A stretch of 63,165 nt of DNA, the filler included, from Saprolegnia diclina VS20 (Eukaryota): NCBI RefSeq assembly GCF_000281045.1. It is 4 parts of 2 records of this genome, joined end to end, with 100 filler letters (N's around TTAATTAATTAA, not from the genome) between each part and the next. Parts side by side here need not be neighbours in the genome. Positions count along the whole stretch, not along the records: positions 1 to 27,014 come from NW_008246091.1; 3 more parts are not named here. One strand, 5' to 3'. A program made the translations under genes and the position numbers. Shown here piece after piece: positions 10,690-23,399 of the stretch. Positions within the stretch are counted from its first letter, which is position 1. Every line of letters begins with the position of its first letter. Below the pieces are notes generated by a model. The model saw only the letters and a list, made by a program, of their open reading frames with translations, made no database searches and was not told the DNA's origin.

Positions 10690-13090
10690 AGGTGTTGATG
10701 TTCAGCATCTCGATGTTGAGGTGCCGAAGGGTCGTCTTTTCCCACTCTCACGCCGTGAGATCAAAGCCCAAGCTTTCGCGGGTGCTCATGGAGATGTCGT
10801 CATCCGCGTTGCATCGTTGTTGCCTTGCTAACGTTAGCCTAAAAGCCGGGTGTTGTCAGCTTGGATTACCCTGGCAAACAGGACCTCCACTTCTGGGTCA
10901 ATCGAGTCAAATGAATTGTGTCGATGGTCAATGATGGCGATGCCGACGTTGGCGGCGTCCGACTTTAGCGTGTAGTTGACTGGGAGGAGTTGTCGAAGGC
11001 GTACGTTGGGACGTGCTTGGAGTGCGCCACCGAAAAGGTCGGGGCCAGTACGTCGAGGTCAGCTCGGACCGGGAACGGAAGCCTGCGCGAGCCTAGAATG
11101 AGCGAGCGCCCAATATAAACAAACTGTGTTGGTCTTGGTGCAGGCCGCGAGCAGCGGTCTGTGGCAGTAGAAGCCTCATACAGTGGTTGAGCACTCGATA
11201 TTCATCAGCTCTCGAACCACTAGGTCGAGACAAGGCGATCTATCAGTAGATAGTCCTACCGAGAAACCGTTAGGATGGGACTGTACAGGAGCCTGTGGCC
11301 AGGGCTCCAGCAGTCAGCTAGCTTTAGTTTCCTATTTGCCTCAAAGTACAATGTACACACGCCGGTATTTGGGAGTACGGCCTCCCTATGTCTGGCGTCG
11401 TCTCTGAAGCGGAAACGGTCACACGGTCGCGCGCATACAAACATGGTGCAGCGAGTACGGTACACACTCCCAAATCGCGATACGAATCGGCCATGGGCGT
11501 GAACTACCCGCACGCATGCTTGGACACGCGCCAATCTTCTCCGCGGTCCGCGGGCATAGAGACGACACCAAACTCGAAGATCCGAGACGTCCTTGCGAGA
11601 CTGTGAATTTTGAACGACGCGCCGATCGAAAAGAAAAGACGTGGATGTCGTCCGACAGCGGTTGGGGGCTCATCTCCTCGAAGCCGAGGGGGCTGCGGCG
11701 ACCGCATTGATCCTTCTCTGATATGTCGTCGGTGCAAATTGGGTGGTGTCGGCAGGTAGAACCGTAGTTCCGTGACATGCCGCTGATTTTCCGATGACGA
11801 TGCATACTGGGCGACCACGACGAGCGAGGGGAGCATCATTAGCTGGGGGGTGATCGGTTGGCAATTACCTGCGCACCAGTAAGACCACGGAGCGGGGTGC
11901 CGCTGTCAGTTGCCAAAACTGACATTCGCAGCTAGACGCTGCCTTCACCGGCTCTTGACAACCGTGATTGCCTGCGTGTCATCATACCGCCTCCATTCGT
12001 CTGAAGATGCACACAGGCCAGCAAGCGTTTGACTCGACCACATCCGTAGACGCATTGACAGTCTGAGTGGCGAGTAGTTCGACCGCGCCCGAAAACGCGC
12101 ATAGGCCCAGTTGCTGTTGATTCGGCCGAGACCACAGAGTCGCTGGTACCAGCGCCGTTGTCGAACCGAGCGGGTGTAGTTGCGTCATTTGTCTTAAGTG
12201 TGACGCACGAGTACCCACGAGCTGCTTCACAGCTCAAAGTCCACACTCAAAACACCCCAATGTGCCGACGGGCGGCGTTGGTGAGAGACATCGTGACAGT
12301 GTGAATGCGAAGCCGCCCGTCAGCACCGGTGTAGCACTTGCGCCCAACATAGATCAGGCATTTGAGCTTGGACACGCTGCGCGGGCTTATATTGAAGCTC
12401 GCCGTCACCAAGAGGCGCAGTCTGGCGGGCTTGGTGAGTGTGCTTGGCCGGCGTGGCTTGAGCCCCAGAAGCTTGTGACGGTTGCGAGGGCGCCAGTGAT
12501 GCCGCAGGCTGCCACCGCAAGGGAAGAAAAAACCCGCGAACGTCTTGTTGAGCACTGACGACGTTGCCTTGTTGGGAAGAAATTGTCGTTGAGCAGATAG
12601 ATCAATGCCCAAGGCAAGTGCATCCTCGTCGTACAAATTGTAACTGAGCGAAGTTGGCGAGCCAGTCGAGCAAAATCAAAGGTGCCGAGTTCGAAGGGAA
12701 AACGGACCTTATCGCTCCCACCCACGCCCGCCAGGGACGCAATTGGTAGGGGCGCTAGAAAATGATCGAGCTGAATGTTTAGATACGAAGGGTGACAGTG
12801 TCTTGACTAAAGGCAATCGAAACCGCGGCGCTTCGCAAGCTCGACGGCCATCGTCGCGCGCGCCACCTGATAATTGCTCGTCGCGGCAGGGCAAGCGTGC
12901 GGACAGTGTAGGACTCGACAATAATGATCACGCCGACAACCAAGCGCCTTCCCTCGAGGCGTACCGAACTGGAAACTACGATTGAGAAACTAAGCTTGGG
13001 ATCACGTTGCCGCGCAGATGCGGCCTATGTCGCCGTGACAAAGCAAGGTACCGGTGAGTACTTGCGGGAGCATTTGGCTGATACAATACA
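10690..13090 (+). mobile_element. Decayed Ty1/copia pol relic (GAG-pre-integrase, integrase, RT remnants), copy 1
   Basis: Degenerate motifs in copia order: ALHRCCLANVS (cf. WHRRLGH), CQLG..GKQ, KSRYESAMG (cf. KTPYE..G), DTKLEDPRRPC, agaagcttgtgacggttgcga (cf. SLYGLKQ), CRADAAYVAV (cf. TRPDIAYAV). 10690-11590 is repeated in inverted orientation at about 19890-20510. Confidence 0.6.
11160..11423. mobile_element. Solo LTR (264 bp) with 5-bp target-site duplication
   Basis: Starts TGTGGCAG and ends CGGTCACA (TG...CA, imperfect terminal inverted repeat). Flanked by CGGTC at 11155-11159 and 11424-11428. The paralogous copy has a single GACCG (reverse complement of CGGTC) at 20035-20039 with no insert. 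Confidence 0.85.
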
Positions 13091-13313
13091 TTCGTGGATG
13101 GTACTGAAATCAAGCTTAATCTGCGGGTGATAATTTTTGGTGAATTTTTCCGACTCTGTTTTACCTCCCACTTTGTGCCTGTTGGTCGATCTGTTGTGTT
13201 TCCACCATTTGGGAAAGTTCCACGCCTGGATCGCCGAAAGTGGGCCAAATCACTTATATACCCTCTTTTGTCATTGACTCCTACAATTTGGCGTATTTTC
13301 GTGCCAGTTCAGC

Positions 13314-14401
13314 ATGGAGACGGTGTGTGCGATTGCTTGCGTCCTTGGCTCGACCGACCTGCTGCGCCAGATCTTCGGTTATCAGCTTGGCCTTCCGCTG
13401 CACTACAGGGCGTCAATCGCGCGTGTCGACGTCCCGTGGCTTCTACGGCTTTTTGCGACGTCGTCCCATCCGCGCAGTCCTGCCATCGTCCTTGCGCAAC
13501 TCGAGTGGGCTGATGAACTCTGGGCGGCGTGTGCAACCGTTGACTGGACGCTCCTGCGCGACGCCAAACTGGCCTTGTGTCTCGGTCTTCTGGCGGCAAT
13601 ATCCCGGTCGTCGAGGCGCTTTTGGCCACGACCCACAACGCTGTGCACAACATACAGTGGCGCGTCGCTGCCAGCTTTGGACATTTGCATCTACTGCGGT
13701 ACCTCGCCGAGCATGACGCCAGCCACTATACGCCCGAAGTGCTGCACAACGCGGCGTGGAGCGGACATGTCGACGTCATTTGTTTCCTCCATGAGATCGG
13801 CGCTGCCTTGGACTATGCATCCTTTGCCCATGCCTGTGTACAATGCCATGTGCCCGTAGCCGAGTACCTCTGGCAACATGAGCCAGCGCTTCACGTGCTG
13901 CCACCGTTTCTTGTCCAGCGTGTGGCCGAGAAGGGTCATTTGCCCGTCTTGGCCTTCCTATTCGATCGTTTCGGCGGCGTCGGGTTTACGCACGGTGCGA
14001 TGGAGTCCGCGGCGCAGGCGGGACATCTCGACGCGATGCGCTTTGTACAAGAGCACATCATCAATCCCAACCACACGTACTCGATGCATCTGTGCTTGTA
14101 CCTCGCGGCCACCAAAAATCATGTCGACATCGTTGCCTACCTCGTTCACGAATTCCCCGAAATGTCCGTCGCAACAGTCATTCTCGACGCTGTCGCAAGT
14201 GGCTGTGCAGACGTCGCTTGTTACCTCGTGGCCCAGCGTCCGACGGCAGTGCCGCTTCGACGACTCCACCGCGAAGCAAAAAAGTGGGTCCGAGCAAACG
14301 AACCGCCAATCGAGCAGCGCCAGCAACTTCTGGAGTTTCTGGATACAGCCATTCGTACTCGAAAAATATCGAACGCGCGGAAATCGTGCGTAGCCCAGTG
14401 A
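13314..14401 (+). pseudogene. Ankyrin-repeat protein with one frameshift (pseudogene or base-call error)
   Basis: The N-terminal part (VLGSTDLLRQIFGYQLG) is in one frame and the ankyrin repeats (AASFGHLHLLRYL, AAWSGHVDVICFL, AAQAGHLDAMRF) in another. The switch at about 13585 (ctcggtct) is consistent with a 1-nt deletion. Confidence 0.8.
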
Positions 14402-15906
14402 ATGATATGATAACGTTACATTGACTTGGCGACTCGATGTTACATCTTGTGTTTTGGTGGAGCGTTGTACTCAGTCGGGCGTTTCGTGTTGGGTTCGCTA
14501 AGCTGCACGCCAGCTCTGCACGACGAGAGCGGTGGAATGGACGAGGTGTTTATGTATACGACATGAGCCTCAGAAGAGTAAATTTGTTTCGCTACTCGAA
14601 CACATCTCGAAGATTTGGAGGCAAACAAGAGTTTCTTGGCGCTCGCCTGCCATTCTTGGGAGTCGTGGCGGGATCGCTTCATCGTCACAGGATCAAATCG
14701 GAATGACTATGCTACTGGGCTCGTCGTGACCTCTTCGTTGTCCCATTCCTCTCCTCTTTTCTCCTTCTGTTACTTTCATGCGCTCGACCTCATGCGCAAA
14801 AAACTCCTTCCACTTCTTGCAGTCGCACCAAGCGATGTGTAAAATATACTTACCGGTAGTGCATAACCTTTAGTTGAAGTGTATTGATTGCATGTCCTCA
14901 GGACCAATTCTCCCACTTCTTATCGGTGCACGAAAGGCGGGCCATGGCCGAACGCACAGGTTGCCATGGGATTTTAGCGGCTGGGCGATGCCGTCATGAA
15001 GTCATTAGGTGCATTGTTCGGCGACAGTACACCCTCGAGTACGCCTGAATTCGTGATGTTTGAGTAAATACGATATGTGTTTGTGTCATTGTCAACCAGC
15101 TCGCTGCCTTATGTCCAAGGCAACGAAGCCAACAGCGTATCGCTGCTTTACACCAACGCGCGTTCTCACTGGGATGCAGGGCCCCGAAAACCTCTCAAAC
15201 ACTAACATACGGCTCGTAATGCATTTTCGAGGGTAACTCCACATGCGACACGAGGCCCGAGGCGCCCAAGCACCACATCAGCCTTGCCGCCACGCTACGG
15301 CAGCTAATCCTATTCACCGACAACGCTACAAGAGTCAGCACTGTAAGACATAAGTAGGCAATGCTATAGTACGCGTGGTGCAGNNNNNNNNNNNNNNNNN
15401 NNNNNNNNNNNNNNNNNNNNNNNNNNNNNNNNNNNNNNNNNNNNNNNNNNNNNNNNNNNNNNNNNNNNNNNNNNNNNNNNNNNNNNNNNNNNNNNNNNNN
15501 NNNNNNNNNNNNNNNNNNNNNNNNNNNNNNNNNNNNNNNNNNNNNNNNNNNNNNNNNNNNNNNNNNNNNNNNNNNNNNNNNNNNNNNNNNNNNNNNNNNN
15601 NNNNNNNNNNNNNNNNNNNNNNNNNNNNNNNNNNNNNNNNNNNNNNNNNNNNNNNNNNNNNNNNNNNNNNNNNNNNNNNNNNNNNNNNNNNNNNNNNNNN
15701 NNNNNNNNNNNNNNNNNNNNNNNNNNNNNNNNNNNNNNNNNNNNNNNNNNNNNNNNNNNNNNNNNNNNNNNNNNNNNNNNNNNNNNNNNNNNNNNNNNNN
15801 NNNNNNNNNNNNNNNNNNNNNNNNNNNNNNNNNNNNNNNNNNNNNNNNNNNNNNNNNNNNNNNNNNNNNNNNNNNNNNNNNNNNNNNNNNNNNNNNNNNN
15901 NNNNNN

Positions 15907-15999
15907 TTTGTACGGATATATATTTTCACCCAACTCGTTGGTCTCTTAGCCGACGTCTTTTACGGATAAGGCCATTTTGTACGGATATATATTTTCACC
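15907..15999 (+). repeat. 24-bp direct repeat at the edge of an AT-rich island
   Basis: TTTGTACGGATATATATTTTCACC occurs at 15907-15930 and 15976-15999. The left copy abuts an N gap. Confidence 0.85.
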
Positions 16000-18549
16000 T
16001 AACGGACTTTAAAAAAACTTGTTGCTCGCACCGGTTGGTCTTTCGTGGTTTTTTGGTCGGCCTCCAAAAAACTGCGAAAAAACTTTGTCGCCCGAGGTGC
16101 TGTAGACGAAAGAGCAGGCTTCTGTTGGATTCAATCGCGGAGCCCAGTCGTGGCGATTATATCTGCGTGTTGTTGGTGAGTCTTCAGTCTGTATAAAGAT
16201 TTAATCCATATCATATCATATCTGCGTTGTAGTTCAGCCTATCCAAGCGCCTTCTTATGTACTTTAGGGCGGCGACTTCTCGAAATAATCTATACATTTT
16301 GCAACGAAAGCTTCGTCTGATTGGTTGGAAGGCAGCACGAACAACTCAAGCCGCATTGCTGTACTCTAAAGCCAAGCTTCACGCGTTTATCGAATGTATT
16401 ATATTGTCCAGTGCATTAGGTTATTGCCATTTTACTATTATGGCATAGTGGATTGTGGAAACCGTCACATCTCTTGAACCTATGTGGCGCATTTATTTTC
16501 TACGCGAAATTATGCACTCTTTGTCATTTGTTGTTCATTTGTAAGCCAAGTCTGCATCTAAAAAGGTGGGATAAGTGACTAATAATTTTTTCCAAGCTGC
16601 TCCTTAGCCCACTATCTTCGCTATGAATATAAACCATAGAAAAAAGTTGCCGTGGGGTCACAAGGATCATCCTAGTTACATTTTGTCACAGCTACCCTAC
16701 GAACATTTTCCCCGAACGGTCTCGCAGCCTTAGTCGCTCTTCCACAGCATGTAAAGCTTTGCCATTGGCTCGAGAAAAATATGCAGAGGCTTTTTCTAGG
16801 AATTTCCATCCATCGCCACGTATGTTTGCGCACTAGTGGGAACAGCGAGTGATGGCGCATGCGTTGTTGGTCCTAAATTCAGTCAGAGATAAGCGTAGAG
16901 AAATTTTCTCGGACCAGTTCTAGACGAGTCTGGACACACTCGAATATAGAATAAGCTTCAATCAGGGTAGACCGTAAAAAGTCTTTTTTTTAACACGGCA
17001 AGCACAACTGCCCTCCTTCGAGATCAAGAATTCAATCGTGCAAAACTCGAGTTTGCAGTCCAATGTCCGTTTAGGTCCACGTTTGGGCCTTAATGGACAG
17101 ATGCCCTTTGGACATCGCGCACGGTTTCTAAAATGGGCATTGCACTTGTCGCTTCAAAATTGTAGGCGACAAGAATAGTGCACTTTCTCGCTTCTAAAAC
17201 TATCAGAAAAAATGGCCTTAGTGACATAGGGTTAACAAAATTCTTCCTTCAAGAAGTAGAAAGAGTAGATAATATTGCACTTAATGCGCACATTCGAACA
17301 GCATTATTTCGTACGCTGCAGGTACGAGTCCGCGTACTACAGGTTAAGGCCACTGATATTTGTCGTGGGTGTGCAGGATATACTTCACGCCACATATTGA
17401 TTATATTACCTTGCTTTTATTAGAAGAGTTACATGTTATTTCCTGGCCGGCATTGAATGTTCGTTAATGTCAGGGTTAAGGGCAACTTCAAAGCAAATGC
17501 TTTCATACTTCCGAGAAGTCATATTATACAGCCTACAGTAGGAAACGTTTGCTAGATGCATACACAGTATATAGCCTCTAACACTACATATTGGGTTTGT
17601 TATCAGTTATCTCTATTAGTTATCTCTACTAAGGTCAGTCCACATCTGTCTGGGCAGACGTGGTCGTTGGCCTGTTGACAAGGCAAACAGCCGTTAAAAG
17701 TTGGCCATGCAACGCACTATCAGCTCTGGCCGTTATATACAACTCGTTGTAGCAGCCAATGCATCAAATAGAGCATATTCTGAGAACAAAAGTCATTTTA
17801 GAGCACAATCCTCTGTCGGATTACCGTAGTTTAAGCATCCTTCTTTAGGAAGCGATCCCACGAACGAAACAAGTCTGCTTTAGTAGGTAATGTTATGTGT
17901 TGCTGCTGGCGTTGCTGAGGTTTTTTGCTCCGTGATTCTGGATAATTCAATAAAAAAAGATATTCATTCTATTGCTATTATATTAACTACATGATTTTGT
18001 TTCGCAGCTTTATAAGGTTTATTTCAACACAGTAATGACTGCAATGTCAACGCCACTGCCGCACAAACTGTGATCCGTCGTGTTTTTTGCCGAGGAACGC
18101 GACTCATGGTGCACGGATACGTGCCTGATGCATTCAGGCTACGATTTCGGACGTATTTATACCTTGTCTGTTGCTTTTCTACGGCAGTTGGTGGACAACA
18201 CGCTGCCATTCCAGCTTTATGTATATTTCCGCATTCACGATAAATACTAGTATATACAAGTCGCAGGGTCAGAATCCACGTTGAGTTGAAATCCAAATAT
18301 TAGAAAAGGTTTCGATACTAAGCCCCACAGGTATTCATTCGTCGCGATGCCACGGGTTTATGTGCATCAAAAGCTTGTTGGGTCACAATTTAAGACAGAA
18401 TGTGGACAAAGAACAGTTAATACAGAAGGATCCTGGACAAGATCAACAGGGCAAACCCAGACCAAACGCTACTCCGCACCCTGCGGAAGTTATAAAAATC
18501 GCTGCCTGCATAAACACCCAATGGAAATGGATAAGAAAATACAACTGAG

Positions 18550-19028
18550 AGTGGTCATAAAAAGTGCGCATCAACACTATCACTGTGGCAACTGCCCGCG
18601 ACAGGCGATTAGTAAACCAGCAACGCGAGTAATGATTCTTTTTTCTTCGTCTCTGAGGAATGCTGAGAATTCCGACACAAAACATTAATTTAACATATTT
18701 GACTATATCCTGAGGGGGAAAAAAGTCCTAATAGCGTCCATAGGTAGATCACATACCTATCAATGCAGCTCCAATAACTTCTGCAGGGTGTTAAAAAAAT
18801 ACGGTCGCACCGTACCATTATCCATCCTCCGGAAGCGAGAAGGAGATGAAAATGCTTTCCGGGCAAGGCCAAGCGTTCCAGAAGACCAAGGTCTGGAAAC
18901 ACACACGTTACAAGATCCAGGCGCAGAGCAAGCATGCTCGAGCCCTCCACAAATTTCTAGTATCAGTCAAAAACTAAGCTTCCGCATGTACCTTACTTCC
19001 TCACAGCGAAATTTGCCGCATTTGCTCT
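18550..19028 (+). mobile_element. Second decayed LINE-like fragment related to 4400-5200
   Basis: tacaagatccaggcgcagagcaagcatgctcgagcc (18908-18943) resembles the reverse complement of about 4527-4570. Both give RYKIQ/AQSK in one frame and QD.GAEQA.SS in another. Confidence 0.45.
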
Positions 19029-19509
19029 NNNNNNNNNNNNNNNNNNNNNNNNNNNNNNNNNNNNNNNNNNNNNNNNNNNNNNNNNNNNNNNNNNNNNNNN
19101 NNNNNNNNNNNNNNNNNNNNNNNNNNNNNNNNNNNNNNNNNNNNNNNNNNNNNNNNNNNNNNNNNNNNNNNNNNNNNNNNNNNNNNNNNNNNNNNNNNNN
19201 NNNNNNNNNNNNNNNNNNNNNNNNNNNNNNNNNNNNNNNNNNNNNNNNNNNNNNNNNNNNNNNNNNNNNNNNNNNNNNNNNNNNNNNNNNNNNNNNNNNN
19301 NNNNNNNNNNNNNNNNNNNNNNNNNNNNNNNNNNNNNNNNNNNNNNNNNNNNNNNNNNNNNNNNNNNNNNNNNNNNNNNNNNNNNNNNNNNNNNNNNNNN
19401 NNNNNNNNNNNNNNNNNNNNNNNNNNNNNNNNNNNNNNNNNNNNNNNNNNNNNNNNNNNNNNNNNNNNNNNNNNNNNNNNNNNNNNNNNNNNNNNNNNNN
19501 NNNNNNNNN

Positions 19510-20749
19510 TTTTCCGTCACCTGCGGGGTTGTGCAGCTGACAACAGACCACTTATGGGTTGGCGCTACCCGAATCGGCATGCATCGATATCTCGCCTATT
19601 GCGGTTCTGTCATCGCATTCTGTGTGATCAGCAACGCGATCACGCGGCTTGTCAAAGGCGTTTCTCCGAGCAGCATCATTTTCAGCACATCTTGGGTCAC
19701 GCTCCCCTTTGGATGCGTCAACTACATCGATGAATGTATCCTCATCGAACTCGATGTCCCGTCTCGGCTCGATGCAGCCGAGCTCGCGGTACACATTGAC
19801 ATGCTCGTGAAACTGAAACGAAAAACGCCGTCAACGAGAAAGCGACCCATCCATGATCCGTCAAGTTGTGTGCAAGTGGCCTCGTTCAGAACCCCGAGCT
19901 TGGTGTCGTCTCTATACCTGCCGAGAAAATCGGCGCGTGTCCAAGCATGCGTGCGGGTAGTTCATGCCCATGGCCGATTCGCACCGCGATTTGGAGCGTG
20001 TACCGTACTTGCTGCACCATGTTTGTTTGCGCGCGACCGCTGCACGCGGCCTACATACACCTAGACCAACACAGATTATATCGGGCGCTCGCTTATTTTG
20101 GGCTCGCGCAGGCTCCAGTTCCCTGTCCGAGCTGACCTCGACGTACTGGCCCCGACCTTTTTGGTGGCGCACTACGAGCACGTCTCAACGTACGTTTTTG
20201 GCAGCTCCTCCCGATCGGATACACGCTAAAAACGGACGCCGCCGACGTCGGCATCGCCATCATTGACCATCGACACAATTCATTTGACTCGATTGACCCA
20301 GAAGTGGAGGTCCTGTTTGCCAGGGTGAACCAAGCTGACAACGCCTGGCGTTCAGGCTAGCAAGGCAACGACGATGTAACGCGGATGATGACACCTCCAT
20401 GAACACCCGCAAACGCTTGGGCTTTGATCTCACGGCGTGAGAGTGGGTAAAAGAGTTTCGGGACCCTTCGGCACCTCAACCGTCAACATCGAGGTGCTGG
20501 CCATCAACACCACGGCACTCGGGTGGCAGCTTCGCGTGGTCTGTGGTCATTGTCCAGCGGCAGTCCGTATGGTACGTATTGACATCTATTCGTCACATCG
20601 GCGGCGCGGGCAGTGCACTGGCTTCGCGTCTCGAAACGTCACATTCCCGGACACAGCAACTCGCTCCTAGACGCAGCCGCCGCCGCAACGGCCGAGCTAC
20701 ATACGTCAACACGAAAGACCCACACGACTTCGTGGGCAGACATACCGAG
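19510..20749 (-). mobile_element. Decayed Ty1/copia pol relic, copy 2 (bounded by gaps)
   Basis: Clear nucleotide similarity to 10690-11590 in inverted orientation. Adds RRDIEFDED (cf. SRDVVFDE, downstream of copia integrase) and SALHRRCLA. Confidence 0.62.
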
Positions 20750-21291
20750 NNNNNNNNNNNNNNNNNNNNNNNNNNNNNNNNNNNNNNNNNNNNNNNNNNN
20801 NNNNNNNNNNNNNNNNNNNNNNNNNNNNNNNNNNNNNNNNNNNNNNNNNNNNNNNNNNNNNNNNNNNNNNNNNNNNNNNNNNNNNNNNNNNNNNNNNNNN
20901 NNNNNNNNNNNNNNNNNNNNNNNNNNNNNNNNNNNNNNNNNNNNNNNNNNNNNNNNNNNNNNNNNNNNNNNNNNNNNNNNNNNNNNNNNNNNNNNNNNNN
21001 NNNNNNNNNNNNNNNNNNNNNNNNNNNNNNNNNNNNNNNNNNNNNNNNNNNNNNNNNNNNNNNNNNNNNNNNNNNNNNNNNNNNNNNNNNNNNNNNNNNN
21101 NNNNNNNNNNNNNNNNNNNNNNNNNNNNNNNNNNNNNNNNNNNNNNNNNNNNNNNNNNNNNNNNNNNNNNNNNNNNNNNNNNNNNNNNNNNNNNNNNNNN
21201 NNNCTGCCTTGCACACTCTGGGTATAAAAAACAGCACCCACAGCGGTCGGGCAACGAAAATGACAGTATATTTATAAGCTACTAGAACGAA

Positions 21292-21888
21292 TTACTTTAA
21301 ATAAGTGTACTTGGACTGATAGTACGCTTGACGATAGCTGCGCAAATCGCCATGTAGTTGGATGCGCACACGAACCTCGCCTTCCCTAAATCCCGAACCT
21401 GTGAGTATTGTGTCCTGATTGAATTTTGACGTACGAGGCGGCCATTCGGTGCGTCGGTGTGTAAAGTGGAAGCCACATATCCTCGATGCAGCCATGTACA
21501 AAGGAGGCCAGCGGAATCGCGCACACTGCGACGTCTTCCTTGATCCATGCGTTGGCATTGACGATGCGCAGTACAACGGTCTCAGCCGCAGGGTCGTCGA
21601 CGCGGATGTGAAAAGTCTCATTCCAGAAACCACCTTCTTCGCGGTCAATCCTGGTCTCCGCTTCAAATACTGATCGCTTGTGCTTTCTTGATGCGAGCTG
21701 TACGGCGCAGTACGGTGCATCCATGCCCCAGAAGCTCGTGTGCCGCAGTCCCCTTGCTTGAACGACCTATCAGCATAGAACGATAAGAAAGGCATGTGAA
21801 TGCATATATGTCGCACCGTGAGCGAGAGGGCGAGAGGCCCCCACGGTGCGGTCGGCAGCGGACGCGTCGTCGACGGATCATTGCCCAT
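21292..21888 (-). CDS. Small C2-domain protein (spliced)
   Basis: DAPYCAVQL...WNETFHIRVDDPAAETVVLRIVN...CAIPLASF...DMWLPL, then a short intron, then GEVRVRIQL. This is the typical C2 strand pattern. Exon borders approximate. Confidence 0.72.
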   Translation of the reverse strand: MGNDPSTTRPLPTAPWGPLALSLTVRHICIHMPFLSFYADRSFKQGDCGTRASGAWMHRTAPYSSHQESTSDQYLKRRPGLTAKKVVSGMRLFTSASTTLRLRPLYCASSMPTHGSRKTSQCARFRWPPLYMAASRICGFHFTHRRTEWPPRTSKFNQDTILTGSGFREGEVRVRIQLHGDLRSYRQAYYQSKYTYLK

Positions 21889-23399
21889 GTGCTCGGTGTA
21901 TCGGGTGATTTGATGATTTGAATTGACCACCCTGCCTGCTTTCGACGTTGACAGCCCACTCGTAGAAGCCAAGGTTCACCCAATTTCACTGATGTGCAAT
22001 GGGCGGGACAGAAAGACACGCACCGCATCCTAACCTCGCGCATTTGAAAATGCTAAACGTATTAAGTTGGATTATGAAGTGCACGAACTTCAAACACAGA
22101 CGGTCGCCAGAACGGGTCGCGCCAACGACGCGACGCCGTTGACTGCGACTGGTTCTGGGGCTGAAGTTTTCCACTAACATCCTACTCTAGGCCAGTTTTG
22201 CGATCGCAAATAACGATGCTCTCTGTCGCGCACTTTGAGTAAACGAGCGAAAAACGTACGCTGGCGCACGGTATATCGTTCTCAATGTAGAAAGTCTGAA
22301 CGCACTCAGAGTTTGTATTGGGTCTCCTGTGGTGAAGCCGTTCTATTTGCCGAAAGCTCGAGGACACGTTCTTCCTGGACCTCAGAATGTCTTGAAGAAT
22401 CCGACCGAGTGACAAAGGCAAGCGGCAAACTGCACCTTCAACTCTGGCAAGGACACGACCAAAGAGCCACAGAGAAGGACACGCGTCTGCGAAATGCCAC
22501 CAAGGAGGTTGCCGTATTGGCTGCCGTCGAGTACTGTGGAGTACGCGTATCTTTACAGCGGTGCAGTATTTTCACACTATTTTTAGCAATCGATTTTAGA
22601 TGAAAAATGCGATACAAGTTATGACCGCCGTGACGCACAGCGCGTGATATCACTCGGCCACAGGTCTGGGCTACGGTATCGCGAAAGTGCGCATTTGCTC
22701 ATCATGAGAGTGCTGGAGTGCTGGTGTACCGGGTGCGTATTGCAGTCTTCTGTGCAAGTGGCTCTGTGACGCGCCGATATCACCAGAGCATTCCGCAATT
22801 TGATTGGCCTTTTAAGGTGCTTGGGAATGCGATGCGCGCATCTCTGGTTCGATTTACACTGTACTAGTACTCGGTGCACGTACCACGGTACTGTACATGA
22901 ATTTCTGTCCATGCAGCGAGAGTGATGGTGGTGTGATGCGCACGCACGTCAAGACCCTTTGCAACCTGGCAACATACCGACAGTTGTTTGGGTGGTATAA
23001 GATAGAGAAGCAGCGCTTTCAAGCCCCTACCCTGCGTGGTCGGTCCATTGTCAACTTGTCAACGTATTGGGGTAACGTTACTTTACAATGTCAGCGACCG
23101 GCAGCTCTTGACTTCCTCCCACTACCGGTACTAGGTAATCCCGCACAGTCAATCCACGTCGGAGCACGAACCCTGTCCACATACTACAGTCTAACCTGTC
23201 TAGAGGCAAGGCCCATTTTTCTTGCCTTTAGCGAATTATCACTTACGAGAGTTTTTTCTCTGACCGCCATGTCAGTGTGTGCTTGGTATGATGTGACGGA
23301 ATTCGACCAGACGGCCATTACGGATGCACAGGTCCTCCATAGGTGTTTTACATGGCTTCTTCGCTCAGGGGGAAAGAAGGGCGCGAGGCCTGCATTACC

